Assembly: GCA_963796415.1 (NCBI GenBank)
Contig: CAWCLR010000005.1
Coordinates: 39,661 to 103,660, forward strand
Direction: 5' to 3'
DNA length: 64,000 bases
Source: an uncultured Acidimicrobiales bacterium
Lineage (GTDB): Bacteria > Actinomycetota > Acidimicrobiia > Acidimicrobiales > VFJN01
Shown here piece after piece: positions 38,140 through 50,567 of the stretch. A program made the translations under genes and the position numbers. Positions within the stretch are counted from its first letter, which is position 1. The number at the start of each line of letters is the position of its first letter. The notes under the pieces were generated by a model, which worked only from the letters and a program-made list of their open reading frames with translations, ran no database searches and was not told the origin of the DNA.

Positions 38140-38623
38140 GGTCCCCGACATGACGGGGGTCATGGTGAACGGCGGGGGCGACCCCGGCGCCACCGACGAG
38201 CTCCACGAGGAGGCGGCCCGCCGGCTGCGGGCCCACGACCAGCGCTACACGCGCTCGCGGCGCGGCCTGGTCGACGTGTTGGCCGCGGCCGATGCCCCCC
38301 TCTCGATCCCGCAGCTCCGAGACCACGACCGGTCCCTGGCCCAGTCGTCGGCGTACCGGAACCTGGCCGTCCTCGAACGAGCCGGCGTCGTCCATCGCAT
38401 CGTCGCCGCCGACGACTTCGCCCGCTACGAGCTGGCCGAGGACCTGACCGAGCACCACCATCACCTCATCTGCGCCACCTGCGGCGACGTGCGCGACTTC
38501 ACGGTGTCGCCCGAGCTCGAGGGCGACCTCGACCGTGCTCTGGGGCGCATCGCCCGAGAGCACGGCTTCTCGGCCGACCACCACCGGCTCGACCTCGTGG
38601 GAACCTGCTCCGCCTGCGGCTGA
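38132..38623 (+). CDS. zur: Fur-family regulator, probably zinc uptake regulator
   Basis: SSAYRNL, EHHHHLICATCG, C-terminal CSAC; follows the metal ABC ATPase. Confidence 0.8.
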   Translation: MVRVPDMTGVMVNGGGDPGATDELHEEAARRLRAHDQRYTRSRRGLVDVLAAADAPLSIPQLRDHDRSLAQSSAYRNLAVLERAGVVHRIVAADDFARYELAEDLTEHHHHLICATCGDVRDFTVSPELEGDLDRALGRIAREHGFSADHHRLDLVGTCSACG

Positions 38624-38691
38624 TGCGGGCGGTCACCCGGGCCGCGTGACAGCATCCTCCCCGACAGACGGGCCAGGACACTAGAGGGACG

Positions 38692-39489
38692 ATGCTCCGC
38701 GACATCGAGGGTGTGCGCCTCAACGTGCTCGACGAGGGCACCGGGCAGCCGATCGTGTTCCTGCACGGGCTGGGTGGATGCTGGCGCGACTGGGAACCGC
38801 AGGTCGAGAGCTGGCGGACCGACCACCGGGTCCTGGTCATCGAGCACCGAGGGCACGGGCGGTCCGACCGCGTGCCGGGCCCGTACTCGACCGATCAGTT
38901 CGCCGCCGACGCGCTGGCCGCCTGCCGCCGTCTCGGCGTCGACCACGCCTACGTGGTGGGCCTGTCGATGGGCGGCATGATCGCCCAGAAGATGGCGCTG
39001 GCCGATCCCGGCTTCGTCGACGCGCTGGTGCTGTGCGACACGTTCCTGCGCACCGGCTCGGCCGGTGTCGCCGGGCTGCGCATGGCGGCCGGCCTCGTGC
39101 GGGCCGAGGGGCTCGGCACACTCGCCACGCTGATGTCCGAGGCCTCGGGCGCCTGGCCCGCGGCCGGCGACGCCGGGGTCGTCACCCGGAACAACCTGCG
39201 CGAGGCCGAGGGCAACGACCCCCACTGCTGGGCCGCGGCCGCCGAGGCGATCTGCGACCACGACACGAGCGGGCGGGCGGACGAGATCGCCGCCGCGGCG
39301 CCGACGCTCGTCGTGTGGGGCGCCGACGACGTCGCCGTGCCGGTCAAGCTGGCCCAGCCGCTGGGCGACGCGGTCGGCGCCGAGGAGGTGGTGGTGCTCG
39401 AGGGCGCGGGACACGTCTGCAACCTCGAGCGGCCCGAGGCCTTCGACCGGGCCGTGCGCGCGTTCCTCGCCCGGCATCCCGTGGCCTGA
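38692..39489 (+). CDS. Alpha/beta-fold hydrolase
   Basis: FLHGLGG, RGHGRS, GLSMGG nucleophile elbow, GADD, GAGH. Confidence 0.92.
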   Translation: MLRDIEGVRLNVLDEGTGQPIVFLHGLGGCWRDWEPQVESWRTDHRVLVIEHRGHGRSDRVPGPYSTDQFAADALAACRRLGVDHAYVVGLSMGGMIAQKMALADPGFVDALVLCDTFLRTGSAGVAGLRMAAGLVRAEGLGTLATLMSEASGAWPAAGDAGVVTRNNLREAEGNDPHCWAAAAEAICDHDTSGRADEIAAAAPTLVVWGADDVAVPVKLAQPLGDAVGAEEVVVLEGAGHVCNLERPEAFDRAVRAFLARHPVA

Positions 39490-39558
39490 CGCACGGGCCG
39501 ACCCCACTAGCGCAATTCGGTGGACCGGGCGTGGTCCGTCCGCTGGCATGTGCGGCCG

Positions 39559-40453
39559 ATGCCGGCCCCGATGCACGACGACGAGATCCCCCACGACATA
39601 GACCTCGTCCGCCGCCTCCTCGCCGCCCAGCAGCCCGACTGGGCGGAGCTGCCGATCGAGTACGTGCCGTCGACCGGGACGGACAACGCCCTGTACCGCC
39701 TGGGCCACGACCTCGTCGTGCGGCTGCCACTCCGCCCGGGGTCGACCCGCCAGATCGACCGGGTGGCCCGGTGGCTGCCGATCCTCGCTCCGCACCTCCC
39801 ACTGGCCGTGCCGGTGCCCGTGGCGAAGGGCGAGCCGACGGACGACTACCCGTGGACATGGTCGGTCGTGTCCTGGATGCCGGGTGAGGACGCCACGACC
39901 GCCCCGCTCGACCGCGACCTGCTCGTCGCCGACCTGGCCGGCTTCATCGCCGCGCTGCGGGGCATCGACCCCACCGGCGGCCCGCGGCCCAGCGCCGCCA
40001 ACTTCGGCCGGGGCGTTCCCCTGGCGCTGCGAGACGACGAGACCCGCCGGTGGATCGAGAAGGCCCGGGGCCTGGTCGACACGAGGGCGGTGGCGGCGGC
40101 GTGGGACGACGCCCTGCGCGTTCCCGCGTGGGACGGTTCGCCGGTGTGGCTGCACGGCGACATCGCCGTCGGGCAACCTGCTGGTGGAGGACGGTCGGGT
40201 GAGCGCGGTGATCGACTGGGGGGCGCTCGGGGTGGGCGACCCGGCCTGCGACCTGCTGGTGGCGTGGGAGATGCTCGACGCCGGCGGCCGGGATGCGCTG
40301 CGGACGCGGCTCGGGGTGGACGACGCCACCTGGGCCCGCGGCCGGGGGTGGGCCCTGTCGACCGCCATCATCTCCCTGCCGTACTACGAGGGCACCAACG
40401 CGTTCATGGCCGACCAGGCCCGCCGCAAGCTGGCGGCCGTGCTCGCCGACTGA
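39559..40453 (+). pseudogene. Aminoglycoside phosphotransferase family protein with a single frameshift near 40165
   Basis: GTDNALYRLG...WLHGDIA / shift / GNLLVEDGRVSAVIDWG...GDPACDL...WARGRGWA. Confidence 0.85.
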
Positions 40454-40573
40454 TCACTCCCTGATGCCCGTCGAGGGATTGTGACCGGCGATCGCACTAC
40501 GTTTCCGTGAATGAGCGTTCAGGCAACCGGAACGGGTGTCGATCCGACGGCGAGGACCAGTCCCCCGCCCGCC

Positions 40574-41641
40574 ATGAACGAGATCGGCTTCTACACGCTG
40601 GCCGGGGCGCCGAGATCGCCCCGCGACCTGCTGGACGAGGTGCGGGCGGGCGAGGCGATGGGCCTCGGGTCGGCGTTCATCTCCGAGCGCTGGAACGTGA
40701 AGGAGGCGGCCACACTGTCCGGTGCGGCCGGCGCGGTGTCCGAGCGACTCGGCATCGCCACGGCGGCCACCAACCACAACACGCGCCACCCGGCGATCAC
40801 GGCCAGCTACGCCACCACCATGCACCGCCTCACCGGTGGGCGCTTCACGCTCGGGCTGGGCCGGGGCATCGAGCCGCTGTTCGACGCGTTCGGCCTCCCG
40901 CGCATCACGAGCGCCCAGATCGAGGACTTCGTCGGGCTGATGCGGCGGCTGTGGCGGGGCGAGGCCATCTTCGGCCACGACGGCCCGGCGGGGTCGTTCC
41001 CCGTGCTCCACCTCGACTCGGCGTTCGACGAGGACATCCCGATCGGGCTGACCGCCTTCGGCCCCAACTCGCTGGCGCTGAGCGGGCGGCTGCTCGACAT
41101 GGTCGTGCTCCACACGTTCTTCACCGACGAGACCACCGCCCGCGCCGTGGCCACCGTGCGCCGGGCGGCCGAGGAGGCGGGCCGCGACCCCCATGACGTC
41201 CGCGTGTGGTCCTGCTTCGCCACCGTCGGCGACCACCTTCCCGACGACGTGCGGCTGAAGAAGACGGTCGGGCGACTGGCGACGTACCTGCAGGGCTACG
41301 GCGACCTGATGGTGCGGACCAACCGGTGGGACCCGGCGGTCCTCGAGCGGTTCCGGGCCGATGCCGTCGTGCAGTCGGTCGGCGGGGCCATCGACCAGGT
41401 CGCCACCACCGACCAGCTCGAGCACATCGCCACGCTGCTGCCCGACGACTGGCTGGCGCCGGCGGCCCGGGGCTCGGCCGAGGCGTGCGCCGACGCCGTG
41501 CTCGCCCAGTTCGACCTGGGCGTCGACGGCGTGATCATGCACGGGGCCAGCCCCGCCGAGCTCGCCCCGGTCGTGACCGCCTACCGGGCGCGGCGCCCGG
41601 CCGGCCGGTTCGACGGCCTGGCCGCCAACCCGGGCGCCTGA
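40574..41641 (+). CDS. F420-dependent LLM-class oxidoreductase (TIGR03857-like)
   Basis: MNEIGFYTLAG, ISERWNVKEA, ATNHNTRHP, LHTFF, RLATYLQGYG. Confidence 0.85.
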   Translation: MNEIGFYTLAGAPRSPRDLLDEVRAGEAMGLGSAFISERWNVKEAATLSGAAGAVSERLGIATAATNHNTRHPAITASYATTMHRLTGGRFTLGLGRGIEPLFDAFGLPRITSAQIEDFVGLMRRLWRGEAIFGHDGPAGSFPVLHLDSAFDEDIPIGLTAFGPNSLALSGRLLDMVVLHTFFTDETTARAVATVRRAAEEAGRDPHDVRVWSCFATVGDHLPDDVRLKKTVGRLATYLQGYGDLMVRTNRWDPAVLERFRADAVVQSVGGAIDQVATTDQLEHIATLLPDDWLAPAARGSAEACADAVLAQFDLGVDGVIMHGASPAELAPVVTAYRARRPAGRFDGLAANPGA

Positions 41642-41810
41642 TGAAGGTGGGCACCGAGGCGGGTCTCGTCGCCTTCGGGCTCTGACCGCCCGGGATGTGA
41701 CGGGGGCAACACGCTCGGTCGCCCGGGCGGGGGCGGGGCGCGCCGCGCTCTAACCTTGTCCCTTCGGGCACACGCCCTCACGAACCGCTCCGAAGACCGG
41801 AGTCCCTGCG

Positions 41811-43925
<2,115 letters not shown>

Positions 43926-43944
43926 CCGCGCCCTTCCCGCCGTC

Positions 43945-46677
43945 GTGACCGCGCCGCTCGCCACCTACCGGCTGCAGCTCCACCCCGGGTTCGGGTTCGA
44001 CGCTGCCGCCGCGGTGGCCGGCTACCTGGCCGACCTCGGCGTGACCCACGCCTACCTGTCCCCGGTGCTGCAGGCGGCGCCCGGGTCGACGCACGGCTAC
44101 GACGTCGTCGACCACAGCCGGCCGAGCGAGGCCCTCGGGGGCGCCGCGGGGCACGAGCGCCTGGTGGCGGCGCTGCGGGCGGCGGGGCTGGGGCAGGTGC
44201 TCGACATCGTGCCGAACCACATGGCCATCACCGGGCCCGAGAACCGCTGGTGGTGGGACGTTCTCGAGCACGGGCAGTCGTCGCCGTGGGCGGGGCACTT
44301 CGACGTCACCTGGGATCCCCCCGAGGAGAAGCTGCGCAACACCGTGCTGATGCCGATCCTCGGCGACCACTACGGCCGGGTGCTCGACCGGGGCGAGGTC
44401 ACGATCGAGCGCGACGGCGCCCGGTTCGTCGTGCGCTACTTCGACCACGTGCTCCCGGTGGCGCCCCGGTCGCTGGCCGGGCTGCTGGCCGACGCCGCCG
44501 CCCGCGCCGCCGACGACGACCTCGACTACGTGGCGCGCGCCTACCGGCGCCTGCCGCGAGCGACGCGCACCGACCCGGCCGCGGTGGCCGAGGGCCACCG
44601 CGACGCCCAGGTCCTGCGCCGCCAGCTCGCCCGGCTGCTCGACGAGCGCCCGGCCACGTCGGCCGCGGTCGACGCCTCCCTGGCCGACCTGAACGCCGAC
44701 GTCGATGCCCTCGACGCCCTGCTCGACCAGCAGAACCATCGCATCGCCTACTGGCGCACAGCCGAGCGCGAGCTCGGCTACCGGCGCTTCTTCGACATCG
44801 ACACGCTGATCGGCCTGCGGGTCGAGGACCCCGAGGTCTTCGCCGACACGCACGAGCTGATCCTGCTCTGGGTGGCCGAGGGCGTGGTGGACGGGTTGCG
44901 GGTCGACCACCCCGACGGGCTCGGCGACCCCGAGCAGTACGCCGATCGCCTGGCGCGGGCCACGGGCGGCGTGTGGACCGTCGTCGAGAAGATCCTGGCG
45001 GCGGGCGAGGAGCTGCCGTCTTCGTGGCCGGTCGCCGGCACGACCGGCTACGACCGCCTGAACGTGATCGGCGGGCTGTTCGTCGATCCGGCCGGCGAGC
45101 CGGCCGTCACCGAGGGCTACGGCCGGCTCACGGGGGCCGACACCGACGTGGCGGCCGTGGTGCGCGCCGCCCGCGAGCTGGCGGTCAACGAGCTGCTGGC
45201 CGCCGATGTGACCCGGCTGACGGCCCTGCTGGTCGACGTGTGCGAGCGCCGCCGCCACCAGCGGGACCGCACCCGCCACGAGCTGCACGAGGCCGTGCGC
45301 GCCCTGCTCGTGGCCTTCCCCGTGTACCGCACCTACGTCCGGCCGGCGGCGGGTGCGGTGCGCCGCGAGGACGAGGCGACGGTGGCGGCGACGGTCGGCC
45401 GCGTCGCCGAGGAGCGGCCCGACATCGACCCCGCCCTGCTCGTGTTCCTGGCCGACCTCCTGTTGCTGCAGCTCGACGACCGCACGCCGCTCGAGGACGA
45501 GTGGGTCATGCGCTTCCAGCAGCTCACCGGGCCGGCCATGGCCAAGGGCGTCGAGGACACCGCCTTCTACCGGGCCACCCGCCTGCTGGCGCTGAACGAG
45601 GTGGGCGGCGATCCGGCCCGGTTCGGCGTGCCCGTCGACGCGTTCCACGAGGCCAACGCGGGGGCGCACGAGCGGTGGCCCACCACGATGACCGCGCTGT
45701 CGACCCACGACACCAAGCGGTCGGCCGACGTGCGGGCCCGGCTGGCGCTGCTGTCCGAGATCCCCGACGCCTGGGCCGACGTGTGCGGGCGGTGGATGGC
45801 GGCGTCGGCGGGGCGCTGGCCCGGCGGCGATCCCGACCGCCACACCCAGCACCTGTTGTTCCAGACCCTGGTCGGGGCCTGGCCGCTGACGGTCGAGCGG
45901 GCGGCTGCGTACCTGGAGAAGGCCACCCGCGAGGCGAAGGTGCGCACGTCATGGACCGACCCCGACCCCGCGTTCGACGGAGCCCGCGACGCATGGGTGG
46001 CGGGGGTCTTCGCCGACGAGGCGCTGATGAAGGACGTCGCCGCGTTCGTCGCCCCGCTCGTCGAGCCGGGGCGGGTCACCGCACTGGCCCAGGCGCTGCT
46101 GCAACTCGCGGCGCCGGGCGTGCCCGACACCTACCAGGGCAGCGAGCTCTGGGACCTCAGCCTGGTCGACCCCGACAACCGCCGCCCGGTCGACTTCGGC
46201 CTGCGCCGGGCGCTGCTCGCCACCGTGGGCTCGGTCTCGCCCGATGACCTGCGAGCCGCGCTCGCCGACCCCGACGATCCGGGGGTGCCCAAGCTGCGGG
46301 TGGTGCGCCAGGCGCTCCACCTCCGCCGCCGGCTGCCTGCCGTGTTCGGCGCCGGTGAGGCCGGCGCGTACGCGCCGCTGCCGTTCGCCGGGCCCGCCGC
46401 CGCCCACGCCGTCGGCTTCACACGGGGCGCGGTGGGGCCGGAGGACCGCGACCCGGCGGTGGCGGTGGTGGTCCCGCGCCTGGTGCTGCGCCTGGCCGCC
46501 GGCGGCGGTTGGGCCGACACCGCGGTGACCCTGCCGGCGGGCCGCTGGACCGACCTGCTGACGGGCGCCACCCGGGACATCGCGCCGTCCGGTGATCCCG
46601 ACGGCCCCGCCCGGCAGGTCCCGCTGGCCGAGCTGCTGGCCGCCTTCCCCGTCGCCCTCCTGGAACGCACCCCGTGA
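43945..46677 (+). CDS. treY: Malto-oligosyltrehalose synthase
   Basis: ATYRLQ, GSTHGYDV, DIVPNHM, YRRFFDI, RVDHPDGL, VEKIL, STHDTKRS, PGVPDTYQG. Confidence 0.97.
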   Translation: MTAPLATYRLQLHPGFGFDAAAAVAGYLADLGVTHAYLSPVLQAAPGSTHGYDVVDHSRPSEALGGAAGHERLVAALRAAGLGQVLDIVPNHMAITGPENRWWWDVLEHGQSSPWAGHFDVTWDPPEEKLRNTVLMPILGDHYGRVLDRGEVTIERDGARFVVRYFDHVLPVAPRSLAGLLADAAARAADDDLDYVARAYRRLPRATRTDPAAVAEGHRDAQVLRRQLARLLDERPATSAAVDASLADLNADVDALDALLDQQNHRIAYWRTAERELGYRRFFDIDTLIGLRVEDPEVFADTHELILLWVAEGVVDGLRVDHPDGLGDPEQYADRLARATGGVWTVVEKILAAGEELPSSWPVAGTTGYDRLNVIGGLFVDPAGEPAVTEGYGRLTGADTDVAAVVRAARELAVNELLAADVTRLTALLVDVCERRRHQRDRTRHELHEAVRALLVAFPVYRTYVRPAAGAVRREDEATVAATVGRVAEERPDIDPALLVFLADLLLLQLDDRTPLEDEWVMRFQQLTGPAMAKGVEDTAFYRATRLLALNEVGGDPARFGVPVDAFHEANAGAHERWPTTMTALSTHDTKRSADVRARLALLSEIPDAWADVCGRWMAASAGRWPGGDPDRHTQHLLFQTLVGAWPLTVERAAAYLEKATREAKVRTSWTDPDPAFDGARDAWVAGVFADEALMKDVAAFVAPLVEPGRVTALAQALLQLAAPGVPDTYQGSELWDLSLVDPDNRRPVDFGLRRALLATVGSVSPDDLRAALADPDDPGVPKLRVVRQALHLRRRLPAVFGAGEAGAYAPLPFAGPAAAHAVGFTRGAVGPEDRDPAVAVVVPRLVLRLAAGGGWADTAVTLPAGRWTDLLTGATRDIAPSGDPDGPARQVPLAELLAAFPVALLERTP

Positions 46678-46679
46678 CC

Positions 46680-46775
46680 CGAGGCAATGGGTTCCACCGG
46701 AGGGAGGACGAGGCCATGGGTTCCGGATTCGTATCCCGTCGCCTCGGGCTCGGAGGAACGGAACCGATTGCCTCG
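46680..46775. repeat. Nested palindromic repeat element, copy 3 (96 bp) between treY and treZ
   Basis: CGAGGCAATGGGTTCC at 46680, CGAGGCCATGGGTTCC at 46709; inverted cores end at 46746 and 46775. Confidence 0.85.
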
Positions 46776-46807
46776 CCACACCGGCGCTCCCGGCCCGGAG
46801 GACGGGG

Positions 46808-48550
46808 GTGATCGTCTCCGTGTGGGCGCCCCACGCCCGCCGATCGGTCGAGGTCGTGGCCGGCGGGCGGCAGGTGGCGCTGGCGGCGGAGGAGCGCGGG
46901 CGATGGTCGGGCGACGTCCCCGGGCTCGGGCCCGGCGCCGACTACGCCCTCTCGCTCGACGGCGGGCCCGCCCGGCCCGACCCGCGATCGGCCCACCAGC
47001 CCCACGGCGTCCACGGCCCGTCCCGCGTCGTCGACCACGACGCCTTCCCGTGGACCGACACGGGCTGGGCGGGGTTCGACCTGCCGTCGGCCGTCCTCTA
47101 CGAGCTGCACGTCGGCACGTTCTCGGCCGAGGGGACCTTCGACGGGGCGATCGCCCACCTCGACCACCTGGTCGCCCTCGGCGTCGACGCGGTCGAGCTG
47201 CTCCCCGTCGTCGAGTTCCCCGGCCGGCGGGGCTGGGGCTACGACGGCGTCGACCTGTGGGCGCCGCACCACGCCTACGGCGGCCCCGACGGGTTGAAGC
47301 GCCTGGTCGACGCCTGTCACGCCCGGGGGCTCGGCGTCGTGGTCGACGTCGTCTACAACCACCTCGGCCCGACGGGGAACCACCTGGCCGAGTTCGGTCC
47401 CTACTTCGCCGACCGCCACCCCACCAACTGGGGCCCCGGGCTGAACGTCGACGGGCCGGGGAGCGACGAGGTGCGGGCCTTCGTCGTGGACAACGCCCAC
47501 ATGTGGTTGCGCGACTACCACGCCGACGGGCTGCGGCTCGACGCCGTCCACGCCATCGCCGACCAGTCGGCCACCCACGTCCTCGAGCAGCTGGCCGCGT
47601 CGGTGCGAGAGCTGGCCGGCGAGGTCGGCCGCGCGCTGTGGCTGATGCCCGAGTCCGACCTCAACGCGCCCCGGTTCGTCCTCCCGCCCGACCGCGGCGG
47701 GTACGGGCTCGACGCCGCCTGGGCCGACGAGTGGCACCACGCGCTGCACGCGGCGCTCACCGGCGAGGCCGACGGCTACTACCGGGACTTCGGCTCGCTC
47801 GCCCTGCTGGCCAAGGCGCTCCGCCAGGCCTGGGTCTACGACGGGACCTACTCGCCGCACCGCGACCGGGTCCACGGCCGTCCGCCGGTGGGGTTGCACG
47901 GCGCCCAGTTCGTGGTGGCCGCCCAGAACCACGACCAGGTCGGCAACCGGGCCCGCGGCGAGCGGCTCGGGCAGATGGTGTCGCCGGGCCGGGTGCGCAT
48001 CGCCGCCGCCCTGCTGCTGACCGCGCCGTTCGTGCCGCTGCTGTTCCAGGGCGAGGAGTGGGCGGCGTCGACGCCGTTCCTGTACGTCACCGACCACGAG
48101 GACCCCGACCTGGGGCGGGCCGTGTCCGAGGGGCGCCGGCAGGAGTTCGCCGCCTTCGGCTGGGCGCCCGAGGAGGTGCCCGACCCCCAGGACCCGGCGA
48201 CGTTCGCCGCTTCGGTCCTGCGGTGGGACGAGCTCGGGTCGCCGGGGCACGCCGACGTCCTCGACTGGTACCGAGCGCTGATCGCGCTGCGCCGCAGCCG
48301 GCCCGGGCTCGCCACGGGGCCGCTCGACGACGTGGCCGTGACGTTGGACGAGGACGCCCGGTGGCTGGTCGTCCACCGCCGCGCCGCGGGCGTGTCGGTG
48401 GCGGTGAACCTCGGGGACGAGGATCAGGACGTGCCGGTCGCCGGCGCCGGCGAGGTGCTGTTGGCGTGGCCTGCCGACGCGGTCCGACCCGCCGGGGACG
48501 CAGCGATCCGCCTGCCCCCCGACGGCGTGGTCGTCCTCGCGGACGCCTGA
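46808..48550 (+). CDS. treZ: Malto-oligosyltrehalose trehalohydrolase
   Basis: VWAP, PDPRS, YELHVGTF, WGYDGV, DVVYNHLGP, RLDAVH, QNHDQVGNR, FQGEEW. Confidence 0.97.
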   Translation: MIVSVWAPHARRSVEVVAGGRQVALAAEERGRWSGDVPGLGPGADYALSLDGGPARPDPRSAHQPHGVHGPSRVVDHDAFPWTDTGWAGFDLPSAVLYELHVGTFSAEGTFDGAIAHLDHLVALGVDAVELLPVVEFPGRRGWGYDGVDLWAPHHAYGGPDGLKRLVDACHARGLGVVVDVVYNHLGPTGNHLAEFGPYFADRHPTNWGPGLNVDGPGSDEVRAFVVDNAHMWLRDYHADGLRLDAVHAIADQSATHVLEQLAASVRELAGEVGRALWLMPESDLNAPRFVLPPDRGGYGLDAAWADEWHHALHAALTGEADGYYRDFGSLALLAKALRQAWVYDGTYSPHRDRVHGRPPVGLHGAQFVVAAQNHDQVGNRARGERLGQMVSPGRVRIAAALLLTAPFVPLLFQGEEWAASTPFLYVTDHEDPDLGRAVSEGRRQEFAAFGWAPEEVPDPQDPATFAASVLRWDELGSPGHADVLDWYRALIALRRSRPGLATGPLDDVAVTLDEDARWLVVHRRAAGVSVAVNLGDEDQDVPVAGAGEVLLAWPADAVRPAGDAAIRLPPDGVVVLADA

Positions 48551-48605
48551 CCGCGGCGCCCGGTGGTCCGACCCGGGTGACGGGCGCTTCGTGGTCGCGG
48601 ACCGG

Positions 48606-49793
48606 TCAGCGGCGCCCGGCTCCGACGCCGGGGGGAGGCGGCAGCGTCACCGGGGCAACGGGTCCGGGGCCGTCTGCGGGCGGCCGGCGCCGCCGACCGC
48701 TGCCGACCGCCACGCCGACGACGAAGACCACGAGCACGAGGAGGCCGGCGACCCCGCCGGCGGCAAGCAGCACGCCGGTGCGGGCGCGGTGGTCGGCGGC
48801 GTCCCTCCTGTCGTCCTGCACCTGGTCGTGGAGCTCGATCACGCCCGACCCGATCTCGTCGAGGCCGGTCAGCTCTGGGGCCGCCGCCATGTCGAGCAGC
48901 ACGCCGGGCGACACCTGCGCACCCGCCATCACGGCGTCGGCCTGGGCCAGCACGTCGGCGACGGCGGCGTCGGGGGCGCCGAGGGCGACGATGCGGTCGT
49001 AGGGCGCCGGGGCCTCGGCGAGGGCGGCGACCCCGGACCTGACCTCGCCGGCCGCTGCGACCAGGGCCGAGATCTGCTCGGGGCTCTGGACGGTGACGAT
49101 CGTGGTCGCGATCGTGCGTTGCACGAGGTCCACCGCGGCCCGGCGGAGGGCGTACGCCCTCCAGGCCACGATCGCGCCGGTCCGGGTGCCGTCCGCGCCG
49201 TCGAGCTCGCGTATCGCCGCCTCGACGTCGTCGCCGAACGCGGCGATCACCCGTGCATACCCGTCGGTCACGGCCTCCCCGGCCGCCACGACCGACTCCG
49301 AGAACGCGGCGTCGGCCGCAGCTGCGGCGTCGGCCGCGGTGCGGAGCTCTGGCAGCTCGGCCAGGACCTCGGTGGACGCACCGAGACCCCCGGCGGCGCG
49401 GAGGGCAGCGATGGCCCGATCGGTCTGCTCGATCGACTCGGGGCCGGGTCCCTCGATGGCGTCCTCGTACCCCATCGCCCGTATGCCCTGATGGGCTCGT
49501 TCGGTCGTGAGGCTGATGGCGACGTCGACGGCTGGTCCGAGCGTGTCGGCCAGGCCTGGCTGCGCGGCGTCATCCGCCTCGTCCGAGGCGTCCACGTACC
49601 CGAGCGCACCGACGACCACGAGTGCCACCAGGGGCACGCTGACGACCGCCGCGATGGCGGCCGCGACCACGGTCCGTCCACCGCCACCTTGCATCTGCGC
49701 CTCCGCCCTCGCGCCGGCCCCGCCACCGGTCGCCCGGATCGTAGCGATGCTGGTCGGGTCGGACCGGCCCATTCCGGTCACGGACGCGGGCAC
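48606..49793 (-). CDS. Two-TM membrane protein with a helical extracytoplasmic NIT-like sensor domain and no output domain
   Basis: TM near each end; LTTER...TDRAIAALR...LAELPELR...Y spacing recalls NIT domains; Pro-rich tail; start uncertain. Confidence 0.5.
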   Translation of the reverse strand: MPASVTGMGRSDPTSIATIRATGGGAGARAEAQMQGGGGRTVVAAAIAAVVSVPLVALVVVGALGYVDASDEADDAAQPGLADTLGPAVDVAISLTTERAHQGIRAMGYEDAIEGPGPESIEQTDRAIAALRAAGGLGASTEVLAELPELRTAADAAAAADAAFSESVVAAGEAVTDGYARVIAAFGDDVEAAIRELDGADGTRTGAIVAWRAYALRRAAVDLVQRTIATTIVTVQSPEQISALVAAAGEVRSGVAALAEAPAPYDRIVALGAPDAAVADVLAQADAVMAGAQVSPGVLLDMAAAPELTGLDEIGSGVIELHDQVQDDRRDAADHRARTGVLLAAGGVAGLLVLVVFVVGVAVGSGRRRRPPADGPGPVAPVTLPPPPGVGAGRR

Positions 49794-49794
49794 C

Positions 49795-50526
49795 TCAGCC
49801 CAGGCCGAGGACGTGCGCGAACGCCGCCTCCTCGCGGGCGCGGGCGGCGGCGACGGCGTCGGCGCGGGCCGCCAGCATCGTGCCCTTGATCGCCCGCAGC
49901 GCCGGCAGGGGTGCAGCGGCGATGGCGGTGGCCAGGTCGAGGGCGTGGGGGAGCAGGTCGTCGGGCGGCACGGTGCGCAGGGCGATGCCGCAGTCGACCG
50001 CCTCCTCGGCGGTCAGCCACGGGGACGTGAACAGGACCTCGGCCGCCCGCTGCCAGCCCATGCGGGCGGGGAACAGCAGGCTGCTCGCCGCCTCGGGGGG
50101 CACGCCCATCTCCGCGAACGGGGTGCGGAACCGGGCGTCGTCCGCCGCGAGGACGAGGTCGCAGTGCGGCAGCATCGTGAAGCCGATCCCGACGGCCGGC
50201 CCGTTCACCGCCGCCACGAGCGGCTTGTCGAACGCCTGCAGGGCCTCGAGCAGCACCGGGAAGCCCGAGTCGATCGCCTCGCCGGCGGCCAGCCGCGCCA
50301 TCTCGTCGAGGTCCTGCCCGGCCGAGAAAGCCCGGCCGGCGCCGGTCACGACGACGACCTTCACGGTGTCGTCCGCCCGGGCGGCCTCGAGCGCGGCGCC
50401 CGCGGCCCGGTACAGCGGCGTGTCGAAGGCGTTCAGCGCCTGCGGCCGGTTGAGCGTCAGCAGGCGGACGCCCGGCCGATCGGCGGGGTCGTCGGCGAGG
50501 ACCAGCGGGGCGGCGGCATCTGACAC
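49795..50526 (-). CDS. Enoyl-CoA hydratase/isomerase family protein
   Basis: LNRPQALNA, FSAGQDL, AAVNGPAVGIG, PEAASS. Confidence 0.92.
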   Translation of the reverse strand: MSDAAAPLVLADDPADRPGVRLLTLNRPQALNAFDTPLYRAAGAALEAARADDTVKVVVVTGAGRAFSAGQDLDEMARLAAGEAIDSGFPVLLEALQAFDKPLVAAVNGPAVGIGFTMLPHCDLVLAADDARFRTPFAEMGVPPEAASSLLFPARMGWQRAAEVLFTSPWLTAEEAVDCGIALRTVPPDDLLPHALDLATAIAAAPLPALRAIKGTMLAARADAVAAARAREEAAFAHVLGLG

Positions 50527-50567
50527 GCCGTCAGGTTGGCACACCGACCGCGGGATGGCGCAGCCGG

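Noticed and set aside
40508-40521. TGAATGAGCGTTCA dyad upstream of the LLM gene
   Set aside because: Only 4-bp arms and no cognate regulator nearby; too weak to call
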